Shown one piece after another: positions 19,036-27,300 of a DNA stretch of 64,000 nt. How positions within the stretch are numbered: position 1 is the stretch's first letter; each line of letters starts with the position of its first letter. A model generated the notes under the pieces. That model was not told the DNA's origin. It did not search any database and was given only the letters and a program-made list of their open reading frames with translations. The position numbers were made by a program, and so were the translations under genes. This stretch comes from Calditrichales bacterium. Its GTDB lineage: Bacteria > Calditrichota > Calditrichia > Calditrichales > J004. Location: NCBI GenBank assembly GCA_965267575.1, contig OZ254086.1, positions 3,392,001 to 3,456,000 on the forward strand, given 5' to 3'.

Positions 19036-20568
19036 ATGGATTTCTTGAAGGAACTGGGTATCCAGGATAAAAATTACGGGGTATCGACGGGGCAGAAGTG
19101 GAACAAAACCAGCGATGCCGGCGAACTGAAAATTCATTCTCCGGCCACCGGCGAATACATTGCCTCGGTTTACCAGGCCACGGAAGACGATTACGAGCAG
19201 ATGATGAAAACGGCGCAGGAAGCATTTGCATACTGGAGAACGGTACCGGCGCCCAAGCGCGGCGAAATAGTGCGCCAAATCGGGCTGCAGCTGCGCGAAC
19301 ATAAAGACGCTCTGGGCCGTCTGGTCTCTTTTGAGATGGGCAAATCGCTGCAGGAAGGCTGGGGCGAAGTTCAGGAGATGATCGATATTTGTGATTTTGC
19401 CGTGGGTCAGTCGCGACAGTTGTATGGCTTCACCATGCAGTCGGAGCGTCCCAACCACCGCATGTACGACCAGTATCATCCGCTCGGTCCGGTTGTAACC
19501 ATATCCGCTTTTAACTTCCCGGTGGCTGTTTGGTCCTGGAACGCCATGATCGCTGCCGTCTGCGGTGACGTCAACATCTGGAAGCCTGCTTCCAAAGTAC
19601 CCTTAACAGCGATTGCCTGCCAGAACATTGTGGCGAAAGTGCTGCAGGAAAACGATCTGCCGGAGGGTATTTTCAACCTGGTGATCGGCAAAGGCTCCAC
19701 GGTAGGCGAGCGTATTCTTAATGACAAGCGCGTACCATTGATTTCATTAACCGGCTCTACACCGGTCGGTCAGCATGCCGCGCAGGTTATTGGAAAACGT
19801 CTTGGCAAATATATCCTGGAGCTGGGCGGGAACAATGCCGTCATTCTCACGCCGGACTCCAACCTGGAAATGGCATTGCCAACGATCGTATTTGGCGCCG
19901 TGGGTACATGCGGCCAGCGCTGCACCTCCACGCGCCGTGTTATTATCCACGAATCCATTTATGATAAAGTGAAAGAATCGCTGCTGAAAGCTTACGGCAG
20001 CCTTAAGATCGGCAATCCGCTGGATGAGAAAAACCACGTTGGTCCGCTTATCGATAAAGGGGCCGTTGAAGACATGCAGGCCGCGCTGCGCCGGGTAAAG
20101 GAAGAAGGCGGTAAGATCATCTACGGTGGCGAAGCGCTTAGCGGGAACGGTTACGAATCCGGCTGTTACGTGCGTCCGGCCATTGTGGAAGCCGAGAACC
20201 GTTACGAGATCGTGCAGGAAGAGACTTTCGCGCCGATTCTTTACCTGATCAAGTACAAGGGTGATGTCCAGGATGCCATTGATCTGCAAAACGGCGTCGT
20301 ACAGGGTCTTAGTTCTTCTATCTTTACCAACAACATGCAGGAAGCTGAAACCTTCCTTTCGGCGTGGGGCTCCGATTGCGGTTTGGCCAACGTCAACGTC
20401 GGCACGTCCGGCGCGGAAATCGGCGGCGCCTTCGGTGGCGAAAAGGAAACCGGCGGCGGCCGTGAATCCGGCTCCGATGCCTGGAAAGCGTACATGCGGC
20501 GTCAAACCAATACCATTAACTTTGGTAAAACCCTGCCGCTGGCCCAGGGCATCAAGTTCGAAATCTAA
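19036..20568 (+). CDS. amaB: Aldehyde dehydrogenase family 7 (alpha-aminoadipate semialdehyde / piperideine-6-carboxylate dehydrogenase)
   Basis: PAPKRGEIVRQIG, EVQEMIDICDFAVGQSRQLYG, SAFNFPVAVW, LELGGNNA, GTCGQRCT, GTSGAEIGGAFGGEKETGGGRESGSDAWK, LPLAQGIKF. Confidence 0.9.
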   Translation: MDFLKELGIQDKNYGVSTGQKWNKTSDAGELKIHSPATGEYIASVYQATEDDYEQMMKTAQEAFAYWRTVPAPKRGEIVRQIGLQLREHKDALGRLVSFEMGKSLQEGWGEVQEMIDICDFAVGQSRQLYGFTMQSERPNHRMYDQYHPLGPVVTISAFNFPVAVWSWNAMIAAVCGDVNIWKPASKVPLTAIACQNIVAKVLQENDLPEGIFNLVIGKGSTVGERILNDKRVPLISLTGSTPVGQHAAQVIGKRLGKYILELGGNNAVILTPDSNLEMALPTIVFGAVGTCGQRCTSTRRVIIHESIYDKVKESLLKAYGSLKIGNPLDEKNHVGPLIDKGAVEDMQAALRRVKEEGGKIIYGGEALSGNGYESGCYVRPAIVEAENRYEIVQEETFAPILYLIKYKGDVQDAIDLQNGVVQGLSSSIFTNNMQEAETFLSAWGSDCGLANVNVGTSGAEIGGAFGGEKETGGGRESGSDAWKAYMRRQTNTINFGKTLPLAQGIKFEI

Positions 20569-20581
20569 TCATACAAACCTT

Positions 20582-20612
20582 CAGGGGCGGTTTGCGAATC
20601 GCCCCTGTTTTT
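20582..20612 (+). terminator. Intrinsic terminator after ALDH7
   Basis: CAGGGGCGGTT-TGCG-AATCGCCCCTG followed by TTTTT. Confidence 0.8.
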
Positions 20613-20618
20613 AATTCA

Positions 20619-20951
20619 ATGTTTTTCTGGGAAAGAATAGCCGATCAAAAAATACGCGAGGCACAGCGCGAAGGTCAGTTTGATAACCTGCCGGGACAGG
20701 GCAGACCGATAGACCTTAAGGAATACTTCAGTATTGCCGGGGAGTGGCGCATGGCTTATGACCTGCTGAAGAAAAGTGGCGTAATGCCCCGTGAAATGCA
20801 GCTCAAAAAAGAGATTGAACAGCTTGAACGGCAGATACGCGCCGAAGGCAAGGAAACAATAGCGGAATTATTAAAACGCGATTTAGCTTTTAAAAGGATT
20901 GAACTGGAACTGATGATGGAAAAGCGTCGTCAGCGTTCGTCCGGTAGATAA
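20619..20951 (+). CDS. DUF1992 (DnaJC28-like) domain protein
   Basis: IADQKIREAQREGQFDNLPGQGRPIDL..RMAYDLLKKSG; start ATG 20619. Confidence 0.85.
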   Translation: MFFWERIADQKIREAQREGQFDNLPGQGRPIDLKEYFSIAGEWRMAYDLLKKSGVMPREMQLKKEIEQLERQIRAEGKETIAELLKRDLAFKRIELELMMEKRRQRSSGR

Positions 20952-21003
20952 TAGATGTCTGCCGTATTGTTTGTATAACCTGAATTCCGGAAAAGTAACA
21001 GAT

Positions 21004-21264
21004 ATGCGCATTATCGAAGGCTCACCTATCATATCCTATCCCACAAAATGGGAATACCGTCTGATTGGCCACAAGAAAGAAACAATCGTGAAAGCGGTTG
21101 ATAAGCTGCTTGAGACGGAAGATTATAAGCTTGAAGAATCAAACCGCAGCTCCGGGGGAAAATACGTCAGTGTTAATTTGATTATGACGGTTAATACCGA
21201 AGATGAGCGTGATTCTATCTTTCGCCGATTAAAGAATCATAGCGATATTTTAATGGTGCTTTAA
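21004..21264 (+). CDS. DUF493 family protein (YbeD/HP0495-like)
   Basis: ISYPTKWEYRLIG, SNRSSGGKYVSV, C-terminal ILMVL; start ATG 21004. Confidence 0.85.
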   Translation: MRIIEGSPIISYPTKWEYRLIGHKKETIVKAVDKLLETEDYKLEESNRSSGGKYVSVNLIMTVNTEDERDSIFRRLKNHSDILMVL

Positions 21265-21300
21265 CAATTTGTCTGTAAATAGCCCAAAAAGGATGGCGCT

Positions 21301-21792
21301 TTGAAAGCTTTGTGGCGAAGCGTTTATATACGATCGCGTTGGGCCTGGCGCAAAATTGTACGCCAGGATGACAGCCCGGAAAGTATTGCAAAGGGGTTTG
21401 CCTTAGGGCTCTTCGTGGGCATGTCGCCCTATATGGGTTTTCATACTGTAACCGGTGTGGGGCTGGCCTGGTTGCTGCGTTCCAACAAGTTGGCGGCCGT
21501 TGCCGGCGTTATGATCACCAACCCTTTCAGCGCGCCGTTTATTTACGGTTTTACCTACCTGGTGGGGGCACGCTTTTTTCACGGCAGTTCGGCAGGTATG
21601 GCACTGGACTGGTCGGCCATCACAATTACCGATCTGCTGCATGAAATGCCCGACCTTTTTATCACACTAACCATCGGTGGTATTGTTTTGGGTCTCCCCA
21701 TCGCCATCGCCGGGTACTGGATGACGCACCGCCTCGTTTTGGCCTACCGAGCCAGGCGCCGGGCACGCTCTAAAAATACTCCCAAAGAATAG
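21301..21792 (+). CDS. DUF2062 membrane protein
   Basis: DSPESIAKGFALGLFVGMSP..G.H, ITNPFSAPFIY; hydrophobic helices. Confidence 0.85.
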   Translation: MKALWRSVYIRSRWAWRKIVRQDDSPESIAKGFALGLFVGMSPYMGFHTVTGVGLAWLLRSNKLAAVAGVMITNPFSAPFIYGFTYLVGARFFHGSSAGMALDWSAITITDLLHEMPDLFITLTIGGIVLGLPIAIAGYWMTHRLVLAYRARRRARSKNTPKE

Positions 21793-21858
21793 ACACGCCG
21801 TTGCTTCTGTTTTTTATTTCTTTTTATCTTGTACCTCATTGACAACCATGGAGTGGTT

Positions 21859-23715
21859 ATGCGCTTACATTTCATATACCTGCTTGTGCTGATTGCATTG
21901 TGCCTGTCTTTGGCTGCGCCGGCCGAAGAGGCCGATTCAACCGTTATTTACAATGCCGATCCGATTGTAGTCACCGGAACGCGTCTGGCTCAACAAAAGA
22001 GCAGCTTGCCGGTAGCGATTTCGATAATAAACAAAAATGATCTGGGTAATTTTGGAGAAGAAAACGTTTTGCCGGCCCTGCAAAGACACGTGCCGGGTTT
22101 GATCGTAGGAAGCCACGGGGCGGCCGGTTACGGTGTCGGTCCGGCATCGGGGGGGACGGTCAGCATCCGTGGTATGAGCGGGGCGCCCAATACACGTGTT
22201 TTGGTCCTTATTGACGGCCAGCCGCAATTTATGGGCATTTTTGGCCATCCGATCAGCGACAGCTATATGGCCGGTGATGCCGACAGGGTGGAGGTGCTGC
22301 GCGGTCCGGCGTCTATCCTTTACGGTTCCAATGCGCTTGGTGGAGCGTTGAATATTGTCACCGCTTCTCCCCCGCAGGGACTTAGTGGCACGGCAGAAGC
22401 CTCTTTCGGGTCGTTTAATACACATCGTTTAAGAGTAAACACGGGCTACGGCAGCGATAACCGCTTCTTCTATGTGTCCGCCGCGCGCATTGCCTCAGAC
22501 GGCCACCGCGATGACGCCGCCGATGCCTTTGACAGCAAAACCATCTTCCTGAAAAGCGGCTACGATGTTAGCAAAAGCTGGGCTTTGCGGCTTGATGGCC
22601 GCCTGCTGGACGCGCGTTATAATCATCCCGGCCCTTTTAACATGCCCCTAACAAACGACCGGCGTGACTACCTAAGGGGCAGAGCGGCGCTATCTCTTGA
22701 AAACCGGACGGAGAGCCTTAAAGGCGCCTTCAAGGTTTTTTACAATTGGGGCAACCACGATTTTTCCGATGGCTTCAATTCCAATGATTTTACGCGGGGC
22801 ATAACATTTTACCAGAACTGGACAGGCTTGCCCGGAGCCATAGTAACGATCGGACTGGATTATAAAAATTATGGCGGCGAACCGGACAACAAGAATCTGC
22901 CGCCCGCGCAGAAAGAAAATTTCGGCCTTGCCAAAAGCTATTCCGTTGATGAATGGGAACTTTACGGGCTTCTGCAAAAAAGCTTGGGCGCTTTTACGGC
23001 CCGGGCGGGATACAGGCTGCAGGATAATTCCGTTTACGGGCAGCAGCACGTGCCCGCCGCCGGCCTGTCCTTTAAAGCGGACGGGCAGACCACGTTACGT
23101 GTGGCGGCATCCAGGGGTTTTCGCAGCCCGACCATCAATGATCTGCACCTTTTTCCGCCTTCCAATGAGACCCTGCAGCCTGAAGAGCTCTGGAACTATG
23201 AAGCGGGCATTAACCGTTCTTTTTTTCATCGTCACCTTGTTGTTGACCTGACCGCTTTTTTGATCGACGCGGAAAATTTTGTCCAGGAAGTGCCGCAAAA
23301 TATGGGGCCACCCCTGCGCAAGAATAGCGGAGCCGTGACAAACAGAGGCGTGGAACTGACGGCAAGGCTTTACGCTTCGCGCAGTTTCAGTTTTTACGGT
23401 AATTACAGCTACCTGGATAGCGATGCGGCGCTGCTTTACAGTGCCAGGCATACGCTCAACGGTGGTCTGCGCTGGCAATACCAAAATATCCGCGTAACCG
23501 CAAACCTGGGGCATGTGGCGGATTTAGTAAACCGGGAAAATCCTCTGTCACGCCAAAGTTATACGGTTGTTGATCTTGGATCGGAGATAGAGCTGCTGGA
23601 AAGCGTCGATGTTTTCGGCAGGCTGGAAAATCTTTTGGATCAAAAGTACGAAATGGATGCCGGTTATCCCATGCCGGGACGATTCTTTAATGTGGGAGCG
23701 CGTTACAGGTGGTAA
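21859..23715 (+). CDS. TonB-dependent receptor
   Basis: Signal peptide; TonB box-like IVVTGTR; plug motifs SIRG, VLVLIDGQP, RVEVLRGPASILYGSNALGGALNI; C-terminal ENLLDQKY..PGRFFNVGARYRW; SD GGAG before ATG 21859. Confidence 0.92.
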   Translation: MRLHFIYLLVLIALCLSLAAPAEEADSTVIYNADPIVVTGTRLAQQKSSLPVAISIINKNDLGNFGEENVLPALQRHVPGLIVGSHGAAGYGVGPASGGTVSIRGMSGAPNTRVLVLIDGQPQFMGIFGHPISDSYMAGDADRVEVLRGPASILYGSNALGGALNIVTASPPQGLSGTAEASFGSFNTHRLRVNTGYGSDNRFFYVSAARIASDGHRDDAADAFDSKTIFLKSGYDVSKSWALRLDGRLLDARYNHPGPFNMPLTNDRRDYLRGRAALSLENRTESLKGAFKVFYNWGNHDFSDGFNSNDFTRGITFYQNWTGLPGAIVTIGLDYKNYGGEPDNKNLPPAQKENFGLAKSYSVDEWELYGLLQKSLGAFTARAGYRLQDNSVYGQQHVPAAGLSFKADGQTTLRVAASRGFRSPTINDLHLFPPSNETLQPEELWNYEAGINRSFFHRHLVVDLTAFLIDAENFVQEVPQNMGPPLRKNSGAVTNRGVELTARLYASRSFSFYGNYSYLDSDAALLYSARHTLNGGLRWQYQNIRVTANLGHVADLVNRENPLSRQSYTVVDLGSEIELLESVDVFGRLENLLDQKYEMDAGYPMPGRFFNVGARYRW

Positions 23716-24467
23716 AAAAGCGATCAAAAAGAAGGGAAGAATTGCGTGTTCTGCTATTCCAGATCCGTGAAAAAAAGGACGTGCGTCGGGAAGAGTTTGA
23801 CAGCTTTGTCCGCTACAGCGGCCTGCAGCAGCACCAATTTCAAAGTGTCAACGTTTTTGAAACGCCGCATTTCCGGCATAACCTGGCCGAAGGGTATGAT
23901 GCCGTTTTTGTGGGCGGAGCTTCAGCGGCCAGTGTCCTTGAACCGGAAGTATACCCGTTCGTGAATGATCTCCAGGATGCATTGCTGGACTGTCTGGACC
24001 GGCGCCTGCCGGTTTTTGCCTCCTGCTTCGGTTTTCAACTGGCGGCGCAGGCCCTGGGAGGCAAAATAATCCATGATGATGATGACTATGAAATGGGCTC
24101 TATTCCCATCTCGTTGCGCCCGGCCGCCGCACAGGATTTGATCTTTCATGATACGCCCGATCCCTTTATGGCTGTTTCCGTGCACCAGGAGCGGACACTA
24201 GAAGCACCGCCGCAAACAGTAGAACTGGCCTATACCGCCAAATGCTGCCACGCCTTCAAGGTGATCGACCGGCCATTCTGGGCTTTCCAGTTTCACCCGG
24301 AAGTTGATAAGCAGATCCTAATAACCCGCCTTACGATTTACAAAAGCCGCTACACCCGGGATAATGATCATCTTGATGAGGTATTAAGGGATGCAAAGGA
24401 AACGCCGGAGTCCAATTTATTGCTGCGCAAATTTGTAGACCGCGTTTTACAGAACGAGGGTCATTAA
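23709..24467 (+). CDS. Class I glutamine amidotransferase-like protein (stand-alone, COG0518-like)
   Basis: Cys-His-Glu triad: ASCFGFQL and FQFHPE; overlaps the TonB receptor stop codon. Confidence 0.85.
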   Translation: MVKKRSKRREELRVLLFQIREKKDVRREEFDSFVRYSGLQQHQFQSVNVFETPHFRHNLAEGYDAVFVGGASAASVLEPEVYPFVNDLQDALLDCLDRRLPVFASCFGFQLAAQALGGKIIHDDDDYEMGSIPISLRPAAAQDLIFHDTPDPFMAVSVHQERTLEAPPQTVELAYTAKCCHAFKVIDRPFWAFQFHPEVDKQILITRLTIYKSRYTRDNDHLDEVLRDAKETPESNLLLRKFVDRVLQNEGH

Positions 24468-24553
24468 CATCTTTATATCATTTTTTTTGAAAAAACCTTA
24501 AGAACATATAGACATCAAGTGAAACTCTTCTTAAATTAAGTATTATAACAGTC

Positions 24554-24569
24554 GTTAACTATGGTTAAC
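24554..24569. promoter_or_regulatory. Palindrome upstream of feoA; candidate metal-repressor operator
   Basis: GTTAAC-TATG-GTTAAC, 34 nt before the feoA ATG in an AT-rich intergenic region. Confidence 0.4.
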
Positions 24570-24603
24570 AGGCGTAACATGTTTTTAAACGGACGGATAT
24601 AAT

Positions 24604-24831
24604 ATGAACTCTGTGGCAGAACTTAAACCGGGCGAATGCGGCGTAATTTGCGCAATCAATGATACCAGTGACGATGCCAGCTATTTGATGGAACTGGGTT
24701 TGATGGAAGGAACCTCAATCCGCCTGATCAAAGAAGCCCCTCTGGGTGATCCCCTCGAACTTGATGTACGCGGTTATCATCTCTCCATCCGGCGCCGCAA
24801 CGCGGAATGCATAATGGTGGAAAGGGGATGA
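24604..24831 (+). CDS. feoA: Ferrous iron transport protein A
   Basis: 75 aa; LMELGLMEG..APLGDP..VRGYHLSIRR. Confidence 0.93.
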   Translation: MNSVAELKPGECGVICAINDTSDDASYLMELGLMEGTSIRLIKEAPLGDPLELDVRGYHLSIRRRNAECIMVERG

Positions 24832-24838
24832 ATCCGCT

Positions 24839-27013
24839 TTGCAGGAAACGCTGACCGCTCCACATTCCAAATCCCGGGCCGGCCGCGACATTAAAAATAT
24901 CGCTATCGTCGGTAACCCCAATACGGGAAAAACTTCAGTTTTTAACGCCCTGACCGGTCTCCACCAGAAAGTGGCCAATTATGCCGGTGTGACCGTTGAA
25001 AAAAAAACGGGTTTGATTCAAAACCCGCAGGGTGCCCCGGTTCAGGCCTACGATCTGCCCGGTCTCTACAGCCTCATCCCCAAATCCCTGGATGATAAAA
25101 TTGCTTATGACATCCTCAGCGGTATTCATGATGATCCTATTACGCTGAGCGCCGTTCTCGTTGTCGTTGATGCAGCCAACCTGAGTCGCAACTTATACCT
25201 TCTTACACAGGTACTTGACCTTGGCGTGCCTGTTTTGTTGGTACTAAACATGCTGGATGCGGCCGAAAAAAAAGGCATTGAAGTAGACGCCGCAGCGCTG
25301 GAAGAACATTTCAATATTCCGGTGGTGCCTGTTATTGCGGCACGCGGGCAGGGCATCGCAGAATTACGCGGCGCCATTTTTCAGACAATTGAGAAAAAAG
25401 AAAAAAGTGTTGCGCGGACTGTGCCCGTGCCGGCTGACGTTTTGAGCGCGATACAGCCCGTCATGGAGTGGATGCGTTCCAGCACGCGCATGCATCCGTC
25501 AATGTGCAGCGCAGAGGCTCTGCGCGTTGTCTCCAGCGAGATTGCTTTTCGAAGCTGGCTAAACGCGGAACACAAAGACCGCGACGTCAAAGCGCTTGAA
25601 AACGCGGTAAAACAAGCCCGTGAAAAACTGAGCCAGGGCACCTACTCCTGGCATATGCTCGAGACAAAATTGCGTTACGCCTGGGTCGATGATGTATTCC
25701 AGAAAGCTGTTCACCAACAAAACGAAGCATCCGTCTCCATCACCGACAAGCTGGATAAAATCCTGACACACCGTTTTGCCGGGCCGCTTATTTTCCTGGC
25801 TATTTTTGCCTTTATTTTCCAGGCCATTTTTTCCTGGGCGGAACTGCCCATGACCCTGATAGAAGACGGGACAAACAGCGTCGGTCAATGGATTGGCACG
25901 CAGATGCCCGATGGCGTTTTAAAAGATTTAATCGTTGACGGCGCTATTGCCGGTGTTGGCGCTGTGCTTGTATTTCTGCCACAAATACTTTTTCTGTTTT
26001 TCTTCCTGGGTTTGCTGGAAGATACCGGTTATATGTCACGCGCCGCCTTTATCATGGACAGGCTGATGAAGGGCGTAGGTTTGTCGGGCCGTTCCGTTAT
26101 CCCGCTGCTGTCCAGTTTTGCTTGTGCCATTCCGGGCATCATGGCCACGCGCACCATCCATAACTGGCGAGACCGTCTGGTAACGATTATGATAGCTCCG
26201 TTTATGAGCTGTTCCGCCCGCCTGCCTGTTTACATTTTGCTAATTGGTGCTTTTGTGCCGGATCAAAAGCTTTTTGGCGTGTTCGGCTACCAGGGTTTAA
26301 CACTGCTTTCGATGTATATGCTGGGCATTCTGGCGGCCATGCTTGTTGCTCTCATATTCAAGAAATTCGTTGTTAAAGAAATGGCATCATCAACCTTTGT
26401 GATGGAATTGCCGCCGTATCGTCGTCCTTCGCTTAAGTGGACGGCATTGCAAATGCTGGAACGCGGCAAGATTTTTATTAATGACGCAGGTAAAATTATT
26501 CTCGCGATTTCCATTGTGCTTTGGTTTCTGGCGTATTATCCGCGTCCGGAGCAACCGGTGCAAAACGGCGGTCAGGTATCCAGCCAGATAAAGGAAAGTT
26601 ATGCCGGCCAGCTCGGCAAACTGATCGAACCGGCCATTGAGCCGCTGGGTTTTGACTGGAAAATAGGCATCGGGCTGGTGACCAGCTTTGCGGCCCGCGA
26701 GGTGATGGTTAGTACGCTGGCAACTATCTATAATGTGGAAGGAGATGACGAAACCTCGGTGAATTTGCGCACCGCCCTGCAAAATGACCGCAATCCGCAA
26801 ACGGGCGAGCCGACCTATTCTTTGCTGACCGCTATTTCGCTCATGGTGTTTTTTGTACTGGCCTGTCAGTGTATGGCAACGGTGGCGATCGTAAAAAGGG
26901 AAACAAACAGCTGGCGCTGGCCGTTGATAATGGTCGGATATATGACAGCGATGGCCTACCTGGCGTCGCTGGTTGTTTACCAGGCCGGTCAATATTTTGG
27001 AATAGGAATTTAG
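24839..27013 (+). CDS. feoB: Ferrous iron transport protein B
   Basis: G1 GNPNTGKT, G2 NYAGVTVE, G3 DLPG, G4 NMLD; gate domains LEDTGYMSRAAF, SSFACAIP, MSCSARLP, FAAREV. Confidence 0.96.
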   Translation: MQETLTAPHSKSRAGRDIKNIAIVGNPNTGKTSVFNALTGLHQKVANYAGVTVEKKTGLIQNPQGAPVQAYDLPGLYSLIPKSLDDKIAYDILSGIHDDPITLSAVLVVVDAANLSRNLYLLTQVLDLGVPVLLVLNMLDAAEKKGIEVDAAALEEHFNIPVVPVIAARGQGIAELRGAIFQTIEKKEKSVARTVPVPADVLSAIQPVMEWMRSSTRMHPSMCSAEALRVVSSEIAFRSWLNAEHKDRDVKALENAVKQAREKLSQGTYSWHMLETKLRYAWVDDVFQKAVHQQNEASVSITDKLDKILTHRFAGPLIFLAIFAFIFQAIFSWAELPMTLIEDGTNSVGQWIGTQMPDGVLKDLIVDGAIAGVGAVLVFLPQILFLFFFLGLLEDTGYMSRAAFIMDRLMKGVGLSGRSVIPLLSSFACAIPGIMATRTIHNWRDRLVTIMIAPFMSCSARLPVYILLIGAFVPDQKLFGVFGYQGLTLLSMYMLGILAAMLVALIFKKFVVKEMASSTFVMELPPYRRPSLKWTALQMLERGKIFINDAGKIILAISIVLWFLAYYPRPEQPVQNGGQVSSQIKESYAGQLGKLIEPAIEPLGFDWKIGIGLVTSFAAREVMVSTLATIYNVEGDDETSVNLRTALQNDRNPQTGEPTYSLLTAISLMVFFVLACQCMATVAIVKRETNSWRWPLIMVGYMTAMAYLASLVVYQAGQYFGIGI

Positions 27014-27015
27014 TT

Positions 27016-27222
27016 ATGCAGGAAATATTTGTTTACACACTTGTAGCTGTTTGCCTTGGCTACGCGCTTTTAACTTTTATCCGTCAGTTTAAGGGCTCGG
27101 ATGATTCCGGCTGTGCCGCGGGCTGCGGCCACTGCAGCGCGGAAAAGGTAAGCTTCGATCCGCCGCAAAATAAGTCTTCCGAAAATATCGTCTCCTCGAT
27201 ATCTTTTCCCCGCCGTGACTAG
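27016..27222 (+). CDS. FeoB-associated Cys-rich small membrane protein
   Basis: 68 aa from ATG 27016; N-terminal TM helix then GCAAGCGHC; directly follows feoB. Confidence 0.8.
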   Translation: MQEIFVYTLVAVCLGYALLTFIRQFKGSDDSGCAAGCGHCSAEKVSFDPPQNKSSENIVSSISFPRRD

Positions 27223-27300
27223 ACAAACTTTCTATTAAATAATTTGCATCTTTTGCTGACCGGGCGGAACTTGTTTTCTGTACCACGGAGGGCTTCAAAG

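Noticed and set aside
21793..21858. Possible cobalamin riboswitch before the TonB receptor
   Set aside because: The gap is only about 66 nt and lacks B12-box motifs, so the receptor is not called btuB.
26869..27015. N-terminal extension of the ORF-track call 26869-27222
   Set aside because: It overlaps the end of feoB in another frame; the real small protein most likely starts at ATG 27016.
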